DNA of 64,000 nucleotides from Anaeromyxobacteraceae bacterium (GCA_047602405.1 JASGHJ010000002.1:640001-704000); one strand, 5' to 3'; numbered from the stretch's first letter, positions 19,589 through 32,564 are shown. Notes: generated from the sequence alone by a model not told the origin. Translations and numbers: made by a program.

Positions 19589-20776
19589 CTACCCTCCGTG
19601 CACCTTCACCCTCGCCGCGACGGCCTGCGCCTGCGCGACGAGCGCCTTCGGGTCCGTCCCGACCGGTGCGTTCACGAGCGCGACGCCCATCCGGCGGTAG
19701 GGCCGCGTCGTCGGCTTCCCGAAGATGCGGACGTCCACGCCCGTCCCCGCGGCGCCCGGCACGGGCGCGAGCGCCTCCTCGAGCCCGCTCACCTCGGGCA
19801 CGCCCTCCTTCGACGCGAGGATGACGGCGCTCGCCCCCGCCCGCAGCAGCTCCGGCTCCGGGATCGGCAGGCCCAGCACGGCGCGCGCGTGCAGCTCGAA
19901 CTCCGAGAGCGGCAGCGTCCCGGCGAGCGTCACCATCCCGGTGTCGTGCGGGCGGGGCGAGAGCTCGGAGAAGGTGACGCCGTCCTTCTCGGAGAGGAAG
20001 AACTCGACGCCCCAGAGCCCGGCGCCGCCGAGCGCGGCGGTGACCGCGCCCGCCATCCGCCGCGCCTCCGCGAGGTGCGCCGCGCTCATCGCGTGCGGCT
20101 GCCAGGACTCCTGGTAGTCGCCGCGCTCCTGCCGGTGGCCGATGGGCGGGCAGAAGAGCGTGGGGCGGCCGTGCTGCTGCGTCACCGTGAGGAGCGTGAT
20201 CTCCGAATCGAAGTGGACGAAGGCCTCGACGATGACCTCGCGCAGGTCCCCGCGCGTGCCGCTCATCGCGTAGCTCCAGGCCTTCTCGACGCCGGCCTCG
20301 TCCCGCACGACGGACTGGCCCTTCCCGGACGAGCTCATGAGCGGCTTCACCACGCAGGGGAGGCCGACCTCCTTCACCGCGGCGCGGAACGCCTCGAGCG
20401 TCGAGGCGTAGGCGTAGGGCGCGGTCTTGAGGCCGAGCTCCTTCGCCGCGAGGTCGCGGATGGCCTTGCGGTTCATCGTGAAGTTCGCGGCGCGCGCGCT
20501 CGGCACGACCTGGATGCCCTGCCGCTCGTGGGCGTGGAGCCGCTCGGTCCGGATGGCCTCGATCTCGGGCACGATGAGGTCCGGCCGGTGCTTCGCGACG
20601 ACGGCGTCGAGCGCGTCCCCGTCGAGCATGTTCACGACCTCGCGCCCGTGCGCGACCTGCATCGCCGGGGCGTCGTCGTAGGAGTCCACCGCGATGACGC
20701 GCTGCCCGAGCCGCTGGCAGGCGATGACGAACTCCTTGCCGAGCTCGCCGGAGCCGAGGAGCAGGATGGTCTTCAT
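19589..20776 (-). CDS. purT: Formate-dependent phosphoribosylglycinamide formyltransferase
   Basis: [58 protein letters not shown]. Confidence 0.96.
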   Translation of the reverse strand: MKTILLLGSGELGKEFVIACQRLGQRVIAVDSYDDAPAMQVAHGREVVNMLDGDALDAVVAKHRPDLIVPEIEAIRTERLHAHERQGIQVVPSARAANFTMNRKAIRDLAAKELGLKTAPYAYASTLEAFRAAVKEVGLPCVVKPLMSSSGKGQSVVRDEAGVEKAWSYAMSGTRGDLREVIVEAFVHFDSEITLLTVTQQHGRPTLFCPPIGHRQERGDYQESWQPHAMSAAHLAEARRMAGAVTAALGGAGLWGVEFFLSEKDGVTFSELSPRPHDTGMVTLAGTLPLSEFELHARAVLGLPIPEPELLRAGASAVILASKEGVPEVSGLEEALAPVPGAAGTGVDVRIFGKPTTRPYRRMGVALVNAPVGTDPKALVAQAQAVAARVKVHGG

Positions 20777-20838
20777 GGGGGGCGTACGCTACCGGAGGGC
20801 GCCGGCCCCGGCCAGCCGGAACCGAGGGGGCGACCCCG

Positions 20839-23512
20839 TCACTGCCAGCGATCGAGGCGTCGGGCCCGGGGCGTGAAAGTCGCCGAGAACGCCCGCGCCC
20901 GCGCCCGGAGGAGGAGCTGGCGGCCTTCGGCCGTGCGGGTCGGGTGCAGCCGCCCAGTCCCGATCCGGCGTCGGAACGCCTCGAGGAGCAGCCTCGCCGT
21001 CTCCTCGCGGGCGCCGAGCACGGCCGGGACCGCGTGGAAGTCGCTCCGGGCGCCGACGAGCGGGAGGTCGCCCTCGCGCTCCAGGAGGAAGCGCGGGTTC
21101 TCGATCTGGCCAAGGAGCTCGTCGAGGCAGTCGGCGTACACCGAGGAGTCGCGGTAGGACGCCCCGGCGAGGCTGACCGCGAACTCGCCGGGGGCGACCT
21201 CGTTCACCCGGAGCGCGCCATCCCCGACCTCGTGGAGGACGCCCGCCTCGACGAGCGCGTCCCGGAGCGCCAGGGCCAGCTCCCGGACGCTCCCGTCGAC
21301 CGGGAGGTGCCGGGCGAGACCGACCGCCGCCCGCGCGAGGGCGGGGAGCGAGAAGGCGAGCCCGATGGCGCAGGCACCGCCCAGAAAGAGGAGCGTGGTC
21401 CTCAGGTCCGCCCCCTGGGGCGCGCTCCGCATCACGAGCGACCAGCCCGCGCCGAAGGCGGTGGCCGCGGTGGCGAGGAGGTAGGTGAGCGTGTTCCGGA
21501 AGAAGCGGCGACGGAAGCGGGGCGGGTCGAGAGGCTCCACCGCGGGCAGCACGCGCCCGAAGTGTCCCTCGCCGACGGCCCGCCGCCAGCGAGCGCGGAC
21601 GTCATCGAGCCTCCGGAGCCGAAGCGCCGAGGTCTCGTCGACCGCGGCGATCCAGCCCGCCCCGGGCGGAGGCAGCCGCAGCCTCGCGAGGCCGCTCTCG
21701 AGCACGGGCTCCTCCGCGTCGAGCCCGACGAAGGAGTCGAAGCGCCGCGAGAGGTCGTCGAGGTCGTGCCAGCCGGCGCGGGCGCGGGGCGCGATTGCCA
21801 CGAGGTGCCAGATGCTCGCGACCTTGTCGGGTGAGGCCGCGTGGTGACGGATGGCCCGGCCGCGGAGTTGGTTGGTGAGCACGAACGACCCCGCGTAGGT
21901 GGCGAGCACCAGCGAGTTCACCGCGGGCGCGTCCCAGCCCTCGCCGAGCAGCGCGCGGGTCCCGACGAGCACCCGCAGGGCGCCGTCCTCGAGCGCGAGT
22001 GTGAGCGGGTGCACCGCCGCGCTCCCCGGGGCGGAGAGCCGTACGAAGCCCTCCGGCAGGTCTCCACCGGTGACCCACTCCGACGCGGCGGAGCCGAGGA
22101 GCGGCAGGAGGGCGCGGTGGACCACCGTGAGACGGCCCGTCACGAGGGCCAGGTACGGGTGCTCCTCGGGCGACACGGCCGCTGCGAGCGCGCGGAAGAT
22201 CGGCCACGCGCCGAGCCGTGGCGCCGCAGCGGGTTCCTCCTCGCGGATGTGGTCGGCGAGGAAGACCTGCCGCAGCGCGGTGCCGCGTGCCGCGGCCTCG
22301 AGCGTGTGGATCCGCACGCACGCGTCGAGCTTCGAGGGCGATGCGGAGAGCTCGGCCTCGGCGGTGGCCGGGCGTTCCATGCGAAGGCTCCGGCCGTGGA
22401 GGAGCCGTTCCGCGCGCAGGCGTCGCGCGAGCGCGTCGCGGCGGGCGAGCCGCGCCGGATTGGGGGCCCAAGCCTCGCCGTGCAGGTGATGGTCGAGGAG
22501 GGCGGTCCAGGTGCGCAGATCGAGGGCGGGGACCTCGGCGGGCGCGACGCCGAGCAGCGCCAGGAGTGGGCCGTCGCCGGCGAGGACGCCGCGGGCCCGG
22601 CAGTAAGCAAGGAGGGCCACCGCCGCCTCGACGTCCTCGAGCACCTCCGCGGGGTCCGGGGCGACGAGCCAGGGGTGAACGCGCACCGCCTGGAGCAGCC
22701 CCTCGTCGCGGAGCAGCTCGGCGAAGAGGGCCCTCACACGCGCCTCGTGGCGCTCGAGACGTGCGGCCGCCTCCGCGGTGGCCTCGACCGCCCACACGAG
22801 GTCGAGGTGCGGGCAGAGCGCGCCGGAGCGCACGAGCTCGGGCGCGGAGATCTCCTCGTCGATCGGGCCGCACAGCGCCTCGTAGCGGCGCCACTCCCGT
22901 GCGGTCACGTCGTAAGGCGGCGTCGCGGTGAGCGACACCACGGTCACGTTCTCTCCGAGCGCCTCGGCGAGGGACGTGAGCGCCTTCCACCAGGCTTGCC
23001 GGAGGTGGTGCGCCTCGTCGAGCACGAGCGTCCCGACCCCGGCCGCGCGGAGCTGGGCGGCGAGCGCCTCGAGCTCCGCTCCGGTCGGGAGCTCGGGGTC
23101 ATCCCCTCCCGCGCCGGCGTCGGCTGCCTCTTCGTCTCCCGGCTCGCCGGCGGCCGCCAGGCCCGCGCCGCGGTGAAGCGCCTGGTAGGTCACCGAGGTG
23201 AGGACGCCCGGTGCGCGCAGGTCCGTCGTCGCCCACGCGGGCGGCGGGGCCCCCTCGGGCAGGAAGTCACCGAGCCGTCGGAGCCACTGGTCCCGGATGG
23301 CCGTCGTGGGCGCCAAGACGAGCGCGGGCTTCCCGATGCGGCGGAGGATTCTCGAGCCCGAGGATTGTCTTGCCGGAGCCCGGCGCGGCGACGACGTGCA
23401 CCCGCCCATCGGCGAGGTGCGCGTCGAGGGCCTCGAGAACGCGCGCCTGGTAGGGCCGCCACGCGTGCCGGAACCGCAACGTGTCGGAGATTGAGGGAGC
23501 GGACGCGAGCAT
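20839..23512 (-). CDS. Superfamily II DEAH helicase with C-terminal TM pair; apparent frameshift at about 23349
   Basis: WRPYQ, APGSGKT, LAPT, DEAHH, LTATPP, LLGEGWD, QLRGRAIR. Confidence 0.85.
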
Positions 23513-23557
23513 CCTTGGGCCATCATCTCCGGGAAGGGCCCGGCCGGCCAGCGCCCA

Positions 23558-23579
23558 TGTCCGACCCGCCGTCTAGGAT
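23558..23579 (+). promoter_or_regulatory. Putative PafBC/RecA-NDp-like promoter
   Basis: TGTCCG-N10-TAGGAT, 7 nt before GTG 23587. Confidence 0.55.
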
Positions 23580-23586
23580 GCACCCC

Positions 23587-25076
23587 GTGGAAACCCTCGT
23601 CCTCGCTGGCCTCCTCGTCGTCGCCGCCCTCGTGGCCTACGTCGCCTTCGCGGTCTCCCGCAGGCCCGCGGGGAGCTCTCCGCCGAGGCCTCGGCCGAGC
23701 TCGCGGCGGCGCTGACGGCGCAGGTGACCGCCCAGGTGACCGCCGCCCTCGCCCCGCGGCTCGACGCCCTCGACCGCTCCGTCGAGCGGCTCGAGCGCGA
23801 GATGCGCGACGAGCTCGCCCGGGGGCGCGGCGAGGCGACCCGGACGGCCCAGGCGCAGCGCGAGGAGCTCCGGGAGGCGCTCGCCGAGTCGTCGCGCGCC
23901 ACCGCCGAGCGGCTCGACCGCGGCCGCGACGAGGCGGGCCAGGCCTCGAAGGCGCTCGCCGACACGGTCTCGAAGCGGCTCACCGAGACGCAGGCGCTCC
24001 TCAAGCACGAGCTCGAGGCCGCCGGCGCGCGCATCCAGCAGCTCTCGCAGTCGAACGAGAACCGGCTCGACAAGCTCCGGGTCGCGGTCGACGAGCGCCT
24101 GCAGAAGCTCCAGGCCGACAACGCCGAGAAGCTCGAGCAGATGCGCGCGACGGTCGACGAGAAGCTCCAGGGCACGCTCGAGAAGCGGCTCGGCGAGTCC
24201 TTCAAGCTCGTCTCCGAGCGGCTCGAGGCGGTGCAGCGCGGCCTCGGCGAGATGCAGACGCTCGCCACCGGCGTCGGCGACCTCAAGAAGGTGCTCTCGA
24301 ACGTGAAGGTCCGCGGCACGCTCGGCGAGGTCCAGCTCGGCGCGCTCCTCGACCAGATCCTCGCGCCCAGCCAGTACGCCGTGAACGTCGCGACGCGTGG
24401 CGAGGGCGGCGAGCGCGTCGAGTTCGCGATCCGCATGCCCGGCCAGGAGGACGGCTCGGGCGAGGTCTACCTGCCCATCGACGCGAAGTTCCCCATCGAG
24501 GACTACCAGCGGCTCGTCGACGCCTCCGAGCGCGGCGACGCCGCGGCGGTCGAGGTGGCCTCGAAGGCGCTCGAGGTCCGCGTGAAGGGCTGCGCGAAGG
24601 ACATCCACGACAAGTACCTCGGCCCGCCGCGCACCACCGAGTTCGGCATCCTCTACCTGCCGGTGGAGGGGCTCTTCGCCGAGGTCGTGCGCCGGCCCGG
24701 GCTCGTGGAGGCGCTGCAGCGGGATTTCAAGGTCCTCGTGGCCGGGCCGACCACGCTCACGGCGATCCTCTCGTCGCTGGAGATGGGCTTCCGCACGCTC
24801 GCCATCACGAAGCGCTCGAGCGAGGTCTGGAAGGTGCTCGGCGCGGTCAAGACCGAGTGGGGCAAGTTCGGGGACGTGCTGCAGAAGGTGGAGAAGAAGC
24901 TCACCGAGGCTTCGAACACCGTCGCCGAGGTCCACAAGCGCCAGCGCGTCATCGGGCGGAAGCTCCAGTCCGTCGAGGAGCTCCCCGCGGCGGGCCCCGA
25001 GCAGCCGCTCCTCTTCGCGCCGGTGGACGCGGGGGACCCGGACAAGGACGGCGACGAGTCGCGGCGGCCGGCGTAG
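23587..25076 (+). CDS. rmuC: DNA recombination protein RmuC; apparent frameshift near 23672 after the TM anchor
   Basis: N-terminal TM, coiled coil, NVKVRGTLGEVQL, LPIDAKFP, FGILYLPVEGLFAE, GPTTL. Confidence 0.92.
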
Positions 25077-25080
25077 GGCC

Positions 25081-25105
25081 CCCTCGACATGCTCGGGGTG
25101 AGCGG
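25081..25105. repeat. Short REP-like repeat, copy D (no inner hairpin)
   Basis: ccctcgacatgctcggggtgagcgg matches both ends of copy C. Confidence 0.6.
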
Positions 25106-25144
25106 GGCCTGGCGTCCGGCCGTGGGCTGGGCTAACCCATGCGC

Positions 25145-26117
25145 ATGCCCAGGGCCATCAGGATCCACGAGACCGGCGGGCCGGAGGTGCTCCGGCTCGA
25201 GGACGTCCCCGTCGGCGCGCCGGGCGCGGGCGAGGTCCGCCTGCGCCACACCGCCATCGCGGTGAACTTCGTCGACACCTACCACCGCACCGGGCTCTAC
25301 CCGATGAAGCTCCCGCTCATCATGGGCGTCGAGGCGGCGGGCGTGGTCGAGGCGGTCGGGCCGGGCGTGCAGGGGCTCTCGCCGGGCGACCGGGTGGTCT
25401 ACCTCACCGCCTCGGGCGCCTACGCCGAGGTGCGGCTCGCCCCCGCCGACCGCTGCATCCGGCTCCCGGACGGCGTCTCCGACCTCACGGCCGCCGCCAC
25501 CTTCATGAAGGGGCTCACGGTCGACGCGCTCGTGCGCCGCACCCACCCGGTGAAGGCGGGCGAGACGGTCCTCGTGCACGCCGCGGCCGGCGGCGTCGGG
25601 CTCCTCATGGTGCCGTGGCTGAAGTCGCTCGGCGCGACCGTCATCGGCACCGCGGGCTCCGACGAGAAGGCGGCCACCGCCCGCGCGGCCGGGTGCGACC
25701 ACGTGATCGTGTACTCCCGGGAGCCCTTCGCACCGAAGGTGCGGGAGCTCACCGGCGGGGAGGGCGTCCCGGTCGTGTACGACGGGGTGGGGAAGGCGAC
25801 GTTCGAGGGTTCCCTCGACAGCCTCGCGCCCTTCGGCCTCCTCGTCGCCTACGGCAACGCCTCCGGGCCCGTGCCGCCCTTCGATCTCCGCACGCTCGCT
25901 GCGAAGGGGTCGCTGTTCGTCACGCGCCCGACGGTCTTCGGCTACGTCGCGAAGCGGCCCGATCTCGAGCGCGGCGCGAAGGAGCTTCTTCGACCGGCTC
26001 CTCGACGGACGCGTGAAGGTGCCGGCGCCGCGCACGTGGCCGCTCGACGGGGTGGCGGACGCACACCGCGCGCTCGAGGCGCGCGCCACGACCGGATCGG
26101 TCGTGCTCGTTCCCTGA
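25145..26117 (+). CDS. qor: NADPH:quinone oxidoreductase (zeta-crystallin type); apparent frameshift at about 25986
   Basis: HETGGPEVL, HAAAGGVG, VVYDGVGK, YGNASG, KGSLFVTRP; tail AHRALEARATTGSVVLVP in shifted frame. Confidence 0.92.
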
Positions 26118-26318
26118 GCAGCGCGCCCGCCCGGCCGGCATCACCAGCACCCTCCGTCAGGCTGCGCCCCGCTGGCGCGCTGCGCGCGGGCGCACGCGAC
26201 GGGATCGCAGAGAGGCCGTGTCGCAGAGAGACGGTGTGGCAGCGGCGCCCGTGTCGCAACGGGGCGCGTCACCTCGCCGCGCGGGCGTTGACGGTTCGTG
26301 ATGGCAGGATTGCCGGTC

Positions 26319-26753
26319 ATGAAGCCGGGTATCGCGTCGTTCCTGGAGTGCCATCGCATCGCGGTCGTCGGCGTGTCGCGCACCTCGGGGTTCGCGAACG
26401 TCGCGCTCAAGGAGCTGCGCGAGCGCGGCTACGAGGCGTTTCCGGTGAACGAGGTCGCCGACGCCTTCGAGGGCGAGCCCTGCTACCACTCGGTGGCGCA
26501 GGTGCCGGGGCCGGTGGACGGCGTGCTGTGCGTGGTGCCGCCCGCAGAGGCGGTGCGGGTGGTGGAGGACTGCGCCCGCGCGGGCGTGAAGCGCCTCTGG
26601 CTGCAGCGCGGGAGCGAGTCCGACGAGGCGGTCGCGCGGGCGCGCGCCGCCGGCATCGAGCCGGTCGCCGGCGCGTGCATCCTGATGTACGCGCGGCCCC
26701 GGGGCATCCACCGGTTCCACGCGCTGGTCGAGCGCGCGCTCGGGCGGCTGTAG
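26319..26753 (+). CDS. CoA-binding domain protein
   Basis: IAVVGVS, GYEAFPVN, WLQRG, GACILM. Confidence 0.88.
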   Translation: MKPGIASFLECHRIAVVGVSRTSGFANVALKELRERGYEAFPVNEVADAFEGEPCYHSVAQVPGPVDGVLCVVPPAEAVRVVEDCARAGVKRLWLQRGSESDEAVARARAAGIEPVAGACILMYARPRGIHRFHALVERALGRL

Positions 26754-26757
26754 TTTC

Positions 26758-26804
26758 GGAGGGGGCTCGGAGCCCCCCTCCCCGCGGAGCGGAGCTCCGC
26801 GGGG
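26758..26804. terminator. Tandem GC-rich hairpins between convergent genes (terminator or REP-like)
   Basis: ggagggggct-cgg-agcccccctcc and ccccgcggagc-gga-gctccgcgggg. Confidence 0.55.
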
Positions 26805-26825
26805 CCCCACCCCGGCAGCACCGCC

Positions 26826-28214
26826 TCAGGCCTGCTTCATCTCGTGCACGAGGTTCGCGAGGCTGGCCTTCGCGTCGCCGAAGAGCATCGAGGTGTTCTC
26901 CGCGTAGAAGAGCTCGTTCTCGATGCCCGCGAAGCCGGGGTTCATCGAGCGCTTCATCACGATGACCTGCTTCGACTGGTCCACGTTGAGGATCGGCATG
27001 CCGTAGATCGGCGAGCTCTTGTCGTTGCGGGCGGCCGGGTTCACGACGTCGTTCGCGCCGATGACGAGCGCCACGTCGGCGTTCTTGAACTCGTCGTTGA
27101 TCTCCTCCATCTCCTTGAGCTTGTCGTAGGGGATGTCGGCCTCGGCGAGGAGCACGTTCATGTGGCCGGGCATGCGGCCGGCCACCGGGTGGATGGCGTA
27201 GAGCACCTCGCCGCCGTTCTTCTCGACGAGCTGCGCGAGCTCGCGGACCTGGTGCTGGGCCTGGGCGACCGCCATGCCGTACCCGGGCACCACGATCACG
27301 AGGCGGGCGAAGCCGAGCTGGATGGCCGCGTCCTCCGGCGTGATGGAGCGGGTGGTGAGGTTGGCGGCGGACTTCGTGCTCGCCTCGGGCGCCGACCCGA
27401 ACGCGCCGAAGAGCACGTTCGTGAAGGACCGGTTCATCGCCTTCGACATGATGATCGAGAGGATGAAGCCGGAGGCGCCGTCGAGCGCGCCCGCGATGAT
27501 GAGCACGTTGTTGTTGATCGCGAAGCCGGTCGCGCTCGCGGCGAGGCCCGCGTACGAGTTGAGGAGCGAGATCACGACCGGCATGTCGGCGCCGCCGATG
27601 GGCAGCACGAGCGAGACGCCGAACACCAGCGCGAGCGCCACCATGGCGTAGAAGGCGTGCGCGTTCGACGGGTCGTAGACGAGCCAGCCGAAGAGCCCCG
27701 CCGCGGCGGCGAACATGCCGACCGAGACGAAGTTCTGGCCCTTGAAGGTCAGCGGCTTCGAGGGCAGGAACTCCTGCAGCTTCCCGAACGCCATGAACGA
27801 GCCGGTGATGGTGAGCGCGCCGAAGAGGACCTCGAAGCCGATGGCGCCCATCACCGAGCGGGGCACGCCCCCGGTCTCGTGGAGGTGGCCGTACTCGGCG
27901 ACGCCGACGAGGGTCGCCGCGACGGCGCCGAACATGTGCGAGATGGCGATGCGCTGGGGCATCGCGGTCATGGGCACGTAGACGCCGAGCGGGTAGCCGA
28001 TGACCGTGCCGAGCACGAGCCCGCCCAGGATCCACTGGTAGGAGACGATCTCCTCCTTCACGAGCGTCCCGGCGATGGCGACCACCATGCCCATCGCGGC
28101 GAGCTGCATGCCCCGGCGCGCCTTGTCCGGGATGGTGAGGGAGCGCAGGCCCAGGATGAAGAGGATGGAGGCGAGGAGGTACGCCGCCTCGATGAACACG
28201 ATGCGGGCGTTCAC
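26826..28214 (-). CDS. pntB: NAD(P) transhydrogenase beta subunit
   Basis: MTAMPQ, IGGADMPVVISLLNSY, VPGYGMAVAQAQH, HPVAGRMPGHMNVLLAEA, GANDVVNP. Confidence 0.96.
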   Translation of the reverse strand: MNARIVFIEAAYLLASILFILGLRSLTIPDKARRGMQLAAMGMVVAIAGTLVKEEIVSYQWILGGLVLGTVIGYPLGVYVPMTAMPQRIAISHMFGAVAATLVGVAEYGHLHETGGVPRSVMGAIGFEVLFGALTITGSFMAFGKLQEFLPSKPLTFKGQNFVSVGMFAAAAGLFGWLVYDPSNAHAFYAMVALALVFGVSLVLPIGGADMPVVISLLNSYAGLAASATGFAINNNVLIIAGALDGASGFILSIIMSKAMNRSFTNVLFGAFGSAPEASTKSAANLTTRSITPEDAAIQLGFARLVIVVPGYGMAVAQAQHQVRELAQLVEKNGGEVLYAIHPVAGRMPGHMNVLLAEADIPYDKLKEMEEINDEFKNADVALVIGANDVVNPAARNDKSSPIYGMPILNVDQSKQVIVMKRSMNPGFAGIENELFYAENTSMLFGDAKASLANLVHEMKQA

Positions 28215-28514
28215 TTGGCGGCCCCCTTCTTCTCGTTGCGCTTGAACATCTTGAGCATGCGGTCGGTGATGATGAAGCCGCCGACCACGTTGATGGTCGC
28301 GCAGGTCACCGCCACGAAGCCGAGGACGCTCGCGAAGAGCGAGTAGCCGGCGCCGGCGATCACGAGCGAGCCGACGAGCGAGATTGCCGAGAGGGCGTTG
28401 GTGGCCGACATGAGCGGCGTGTGGAGGAGGGCCGGCACGCGGGTGATCACGAAGAACCCGACGAAGCCGGCGAGGATGAAGACGTAGAGCTGGATGATTC
28501 TCGAGGGAGGCCAT
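28211..28514 (-). CDS. pntA: NAD(P) transhydrogenase alpha subunit part 2; apparent frameshift at about 28498
   Basis: VPALLHTPLMSATNALS, NVVGGFIITDRMLKMF; ATG 28514 joins frame when GAATC is read as GATC. Confidence 0.9.
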
Positions 28515-28532
28515 GGTGGTTTGTGGTTCCCC

Positions 28533-29630
28533 TTACGCGCGGACCTTGCCGTCGTGGACGACCAGCATCGGGCCGGCGATGTCGTCCGCCGGGTCCACGA
28601 GCTTCCCGTCCTTCCAGAGGTGGGTGAGGAGCGTCACGACGTTGCGGCCGTACATCTGGCTCGCGTGGAACGCGACCGAGGACGGCACGTTCACGGCGCC
28701 GATGATCTGCACCCCGTGCTCGACCACCGTCTCGCCGGCCCTCGTGAGCTCGCAGTTGCCGCCGGTCTCGGCGGCGAGGTCCACGATGACCGAGCCGGGC
28801 CGCATGGTGCGGACCATGTCCGCCGTGACGAGCCGCGGGGCGGGCTTGTTCGGGATCTGCGCGGTGGTGACCACGAGGTCCATGTCGCGGATGTGGCCCG
28901 CGATGGCGCCGAGCACGCGCTCCTGCTCGGAGGCGCCCAGCTCCTTCGCGTAGCCGCCCTGGCCCTCGGCGGCGACCGCCGGGACCTCGACGAACGTCGC
29001 GCCGAGCGACTGGACCTGCTCCTTCACGACCGGGCGCACGTCGAAGGCCGACACGACCGCGCCGAGGCGGCGCGCGGTGGCGATGGCCTGCAGGCCGGCG
29101 ACGCCGGCGCCCATGATGAAGGCCTTCGCCGGCGCGAGCGTGCCCGCGGCGGTGGTCATCATCGGCAGGATGCGGGGCAGGGCGCTCGCGCCCATCAGCA
29201 CCGCCTTGAAGCCGGCGAGCGTGGCCTGCGAGGACAGCACGTCCATCGACTGGGCCCGGGTGGTGCGGGGCACCCGCTCCATCGAGAGCGCCGAGACGCC
29301 GCGGGCGGCGATCCGATTGAGGAGCGGCCCGCTCTGGGCGGGCGCGAGGAGCCCGAGCAGCAGCGCCCCCTGCGGGAGGAGGCCGAGCTCGGCCTCGGTG
29401 GGCTTGCCCACCTTCGCGAGCAGGTTCACGCCCTCGAGGGCCGCGGCCGGGGTGGGGGCGAGGGTCGCGCCCGCGGCCTCGTAGGCCTGATCGGCGAAGC
29501 CGGCCGACAGCCCGGCGCCGCGCTCCACCCTGACCTCGTGCTTCGCCTTGACCAGCCGGGCGACGTTCTCCGGGACGAGCGCGACGCGGCGCTCGCCCGG
29601 GGCGGTCTCCTTGACGACTCCGATGCGCAT
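28533..29630 (-). CDS. pntA: NAD(P) transhydrogenase alpha subunit part 1
   Basis: KETAPGERRVAL, RAQSMDVLSSQ, GAGVAGLQAIATA, VDLAAETGGNCE. Confidence 0.96.
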   Translation of the reverse strand: MRIGVVKETAPGERRVALVPENVARLVKAKHEVRVERGAGLSAGFADQAYEAAGATLAPTPAAALEGVNLLAKVGKPTEAELGLLPQGALLLGLLAPAQSGPLLNRIAARGVSALSMERVPRTTRAQSMDVLSSQATLAGFKAVLMGASALPRILPMMTTAAGTLAPAKAFIMGAGVAGLQAIATARRLGAVVSAFDVRPVVKEQVQSLGATFVEVPAVAAEGQGGYAKELGASEQERVLGAIAGHIRDMDLVVTTAQIPNKPAPRLVTADMVRTMRPGSVIVDLAAETGGNCELTRAGETVVEHGVQIIGAVNVPSSVAFHASQMYGRNVVTLLTHLWKDGKLVDPADDIAGPMLVVHDGKVRA

Positions 29631-29706
29631 GCAGGCTCCCTGGGGGTGATCCCGGGGAGGATACGGGCAAATCGGGGTCGAGCGTGGGAAAAAGCCCCGC
29701 CCTGAC

Positions 29707-30144
29707 TCAGGCGGGGCGGTCCGCGGTGGGACCGCCGGTGATGTAGTCCTCGAGCTGGCGGGCCGCCCACCGCTGCTCCTCGAGCATCAGCCGGAGGATG
29801 TGACGCATGGTGACGATGCCCACCACGCCCCCGGCGTCCTCCACGAGCAGGTGGCGGGTCCGGTGGTCCCGCATGAGGGCCTGGCAGCGCTCCACGGTCT
29901 CGTCGGCGTCGACGTACGGCACGGCCCGCATGGCCTGGGTGATGGGCGCGTCGGGCGACTCGCCCTGGACCAGCACCGCCCGCACGAGGTCACCCTCCGT
30001 GACGAGGCCGACGAGCTCGCCGTCCTCGAGGACCCCCACCGAGCCGACCTTGCGCTCGTCCATCACCAGCGCCGCCGCGCGCATGCTCGCGGAGCCGTCC
30101 AGCGCCACCACGTCACGGGCCACTTCGGAGCGAATCGAGGTCAT
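29707..30144 (-). CDS. Tandem CBS-domain protein
   Basis: LVGLVTEGDL, RHLLV....VVGIVTMRH. Confidence 0.88.
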   Translation of the reverse strand: MTSIRSEVARDVVALDGSASMRAAALVMDERKVGSVGVLEDGELVGLVTEGDLVRAVLVQGESPDAPITQAMRAVPYVDADETVERCQALMRDHRTRHLLVEDAGGVVGIVTMRHILRLMLEEQRWAARQLEDYITGGPTADRPA

Positions 30145-30259
30145 GGCGTCCTCCGGGGGGTGAGCACTGACCGTAGGGGCCGGCGCGGACGATCCGGAAG
30201 GGGCCCGGGCGGGGCGCCCGCGGGGCGGTCGCTCGCGATCCGATCGCCGCCGTGCGTCA

Positions 30260-30790
30260 TCAGAAGCGGTCCGGGGTCACCGCCCAGACTCCGCTCGTGA
30301 TGCCGCGGAAGCGGGCGCACGCTGGGGCCGCGTCGGGCCGGTCCCACACGATGCCCGCGAACATCCCGTCGACGTCCTGCCAGCGGGGCGCCGAGTGGAT
30401 CGGGTCGCCGAGGCGGTAGTGCCCGAGCTCGTGCAGGAGCTCGGCGGCCTCGAAGCAGGCCGGCGCGGCGTCGGGCACGTGCACCGACAGCGTCTTCTCG
30501 AGGTAGTCGGTGCAGCCCTCGTTCCGGCTCGCCATGTAGCAGAGGTACTCGGTCGTGTCGCGGTACTGGATCCGCCAGCCGTCCAGGTTCGAGAGCCCCC
30601 AGAACGGGAGCTCGACCGCGAGCACCTTCTCGACCCGCGCCCTCGCGGCCTCGAGGTCGGGCGGGTCGGTCTCGAACTCCACGCACGCGCCCCGCACGTG
30701 GAAGTCGCAGCGCCACGGCTCGCAGCCGGTCCAGAGCCCCGCACCCGCACACCACGCGAGCGCGAGGTACAGCCTCGCCTTCCGTCCCAC
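30260..30790 (-). CDS. Hypothetical Cys-rich lipoprotein with HExxH motif
   Basis: Lipobox-like [13 protein letters not shown]. Confidence 0.6.
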   Translation of the reverse strand: MGRKARLYLALAWCAGAGLWTGCEPWRCDFHVRGACVEFETDPPDLEAARARVEKVLAVELPFWGLSNLDGWRIQYRDTTEYLCYMASRNEGCTDYLEKTLSVHVPDAAPACFEAAELLHELGHYRLGDPIHSAPRWQDVDGMFAGIVWDRPDAAPACARFRGITSGVWAVTPDRF

Positions 30791-30894
30791 GTCTCCCCCC
30801 ACCCACTGCGAACGTGGGCACGGGCGGTGGCCGGCCGGAACGACCCCAACGCGCCCTGCCACGGCGGCGCGCGGAGCCTTACTCGATGGGACTC

Positions 30895-32553
<1,659 letters not shown>

Positions 32554-32564
32554 GCTGCCGCCCC

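Noticed and set aside
26826..28514. Apparent N-terminally extended PntB (562 aa)
   Set aside because: Extension is out-of-frame pntA part 2 caused by the indel at about 28498
29661..29705. c-di-GMP-I riboswitch-like string (gggcaaa...aaagcc)
   Set aside because: No GNRA-capped P2 stem and it is antisense to the flanking genes
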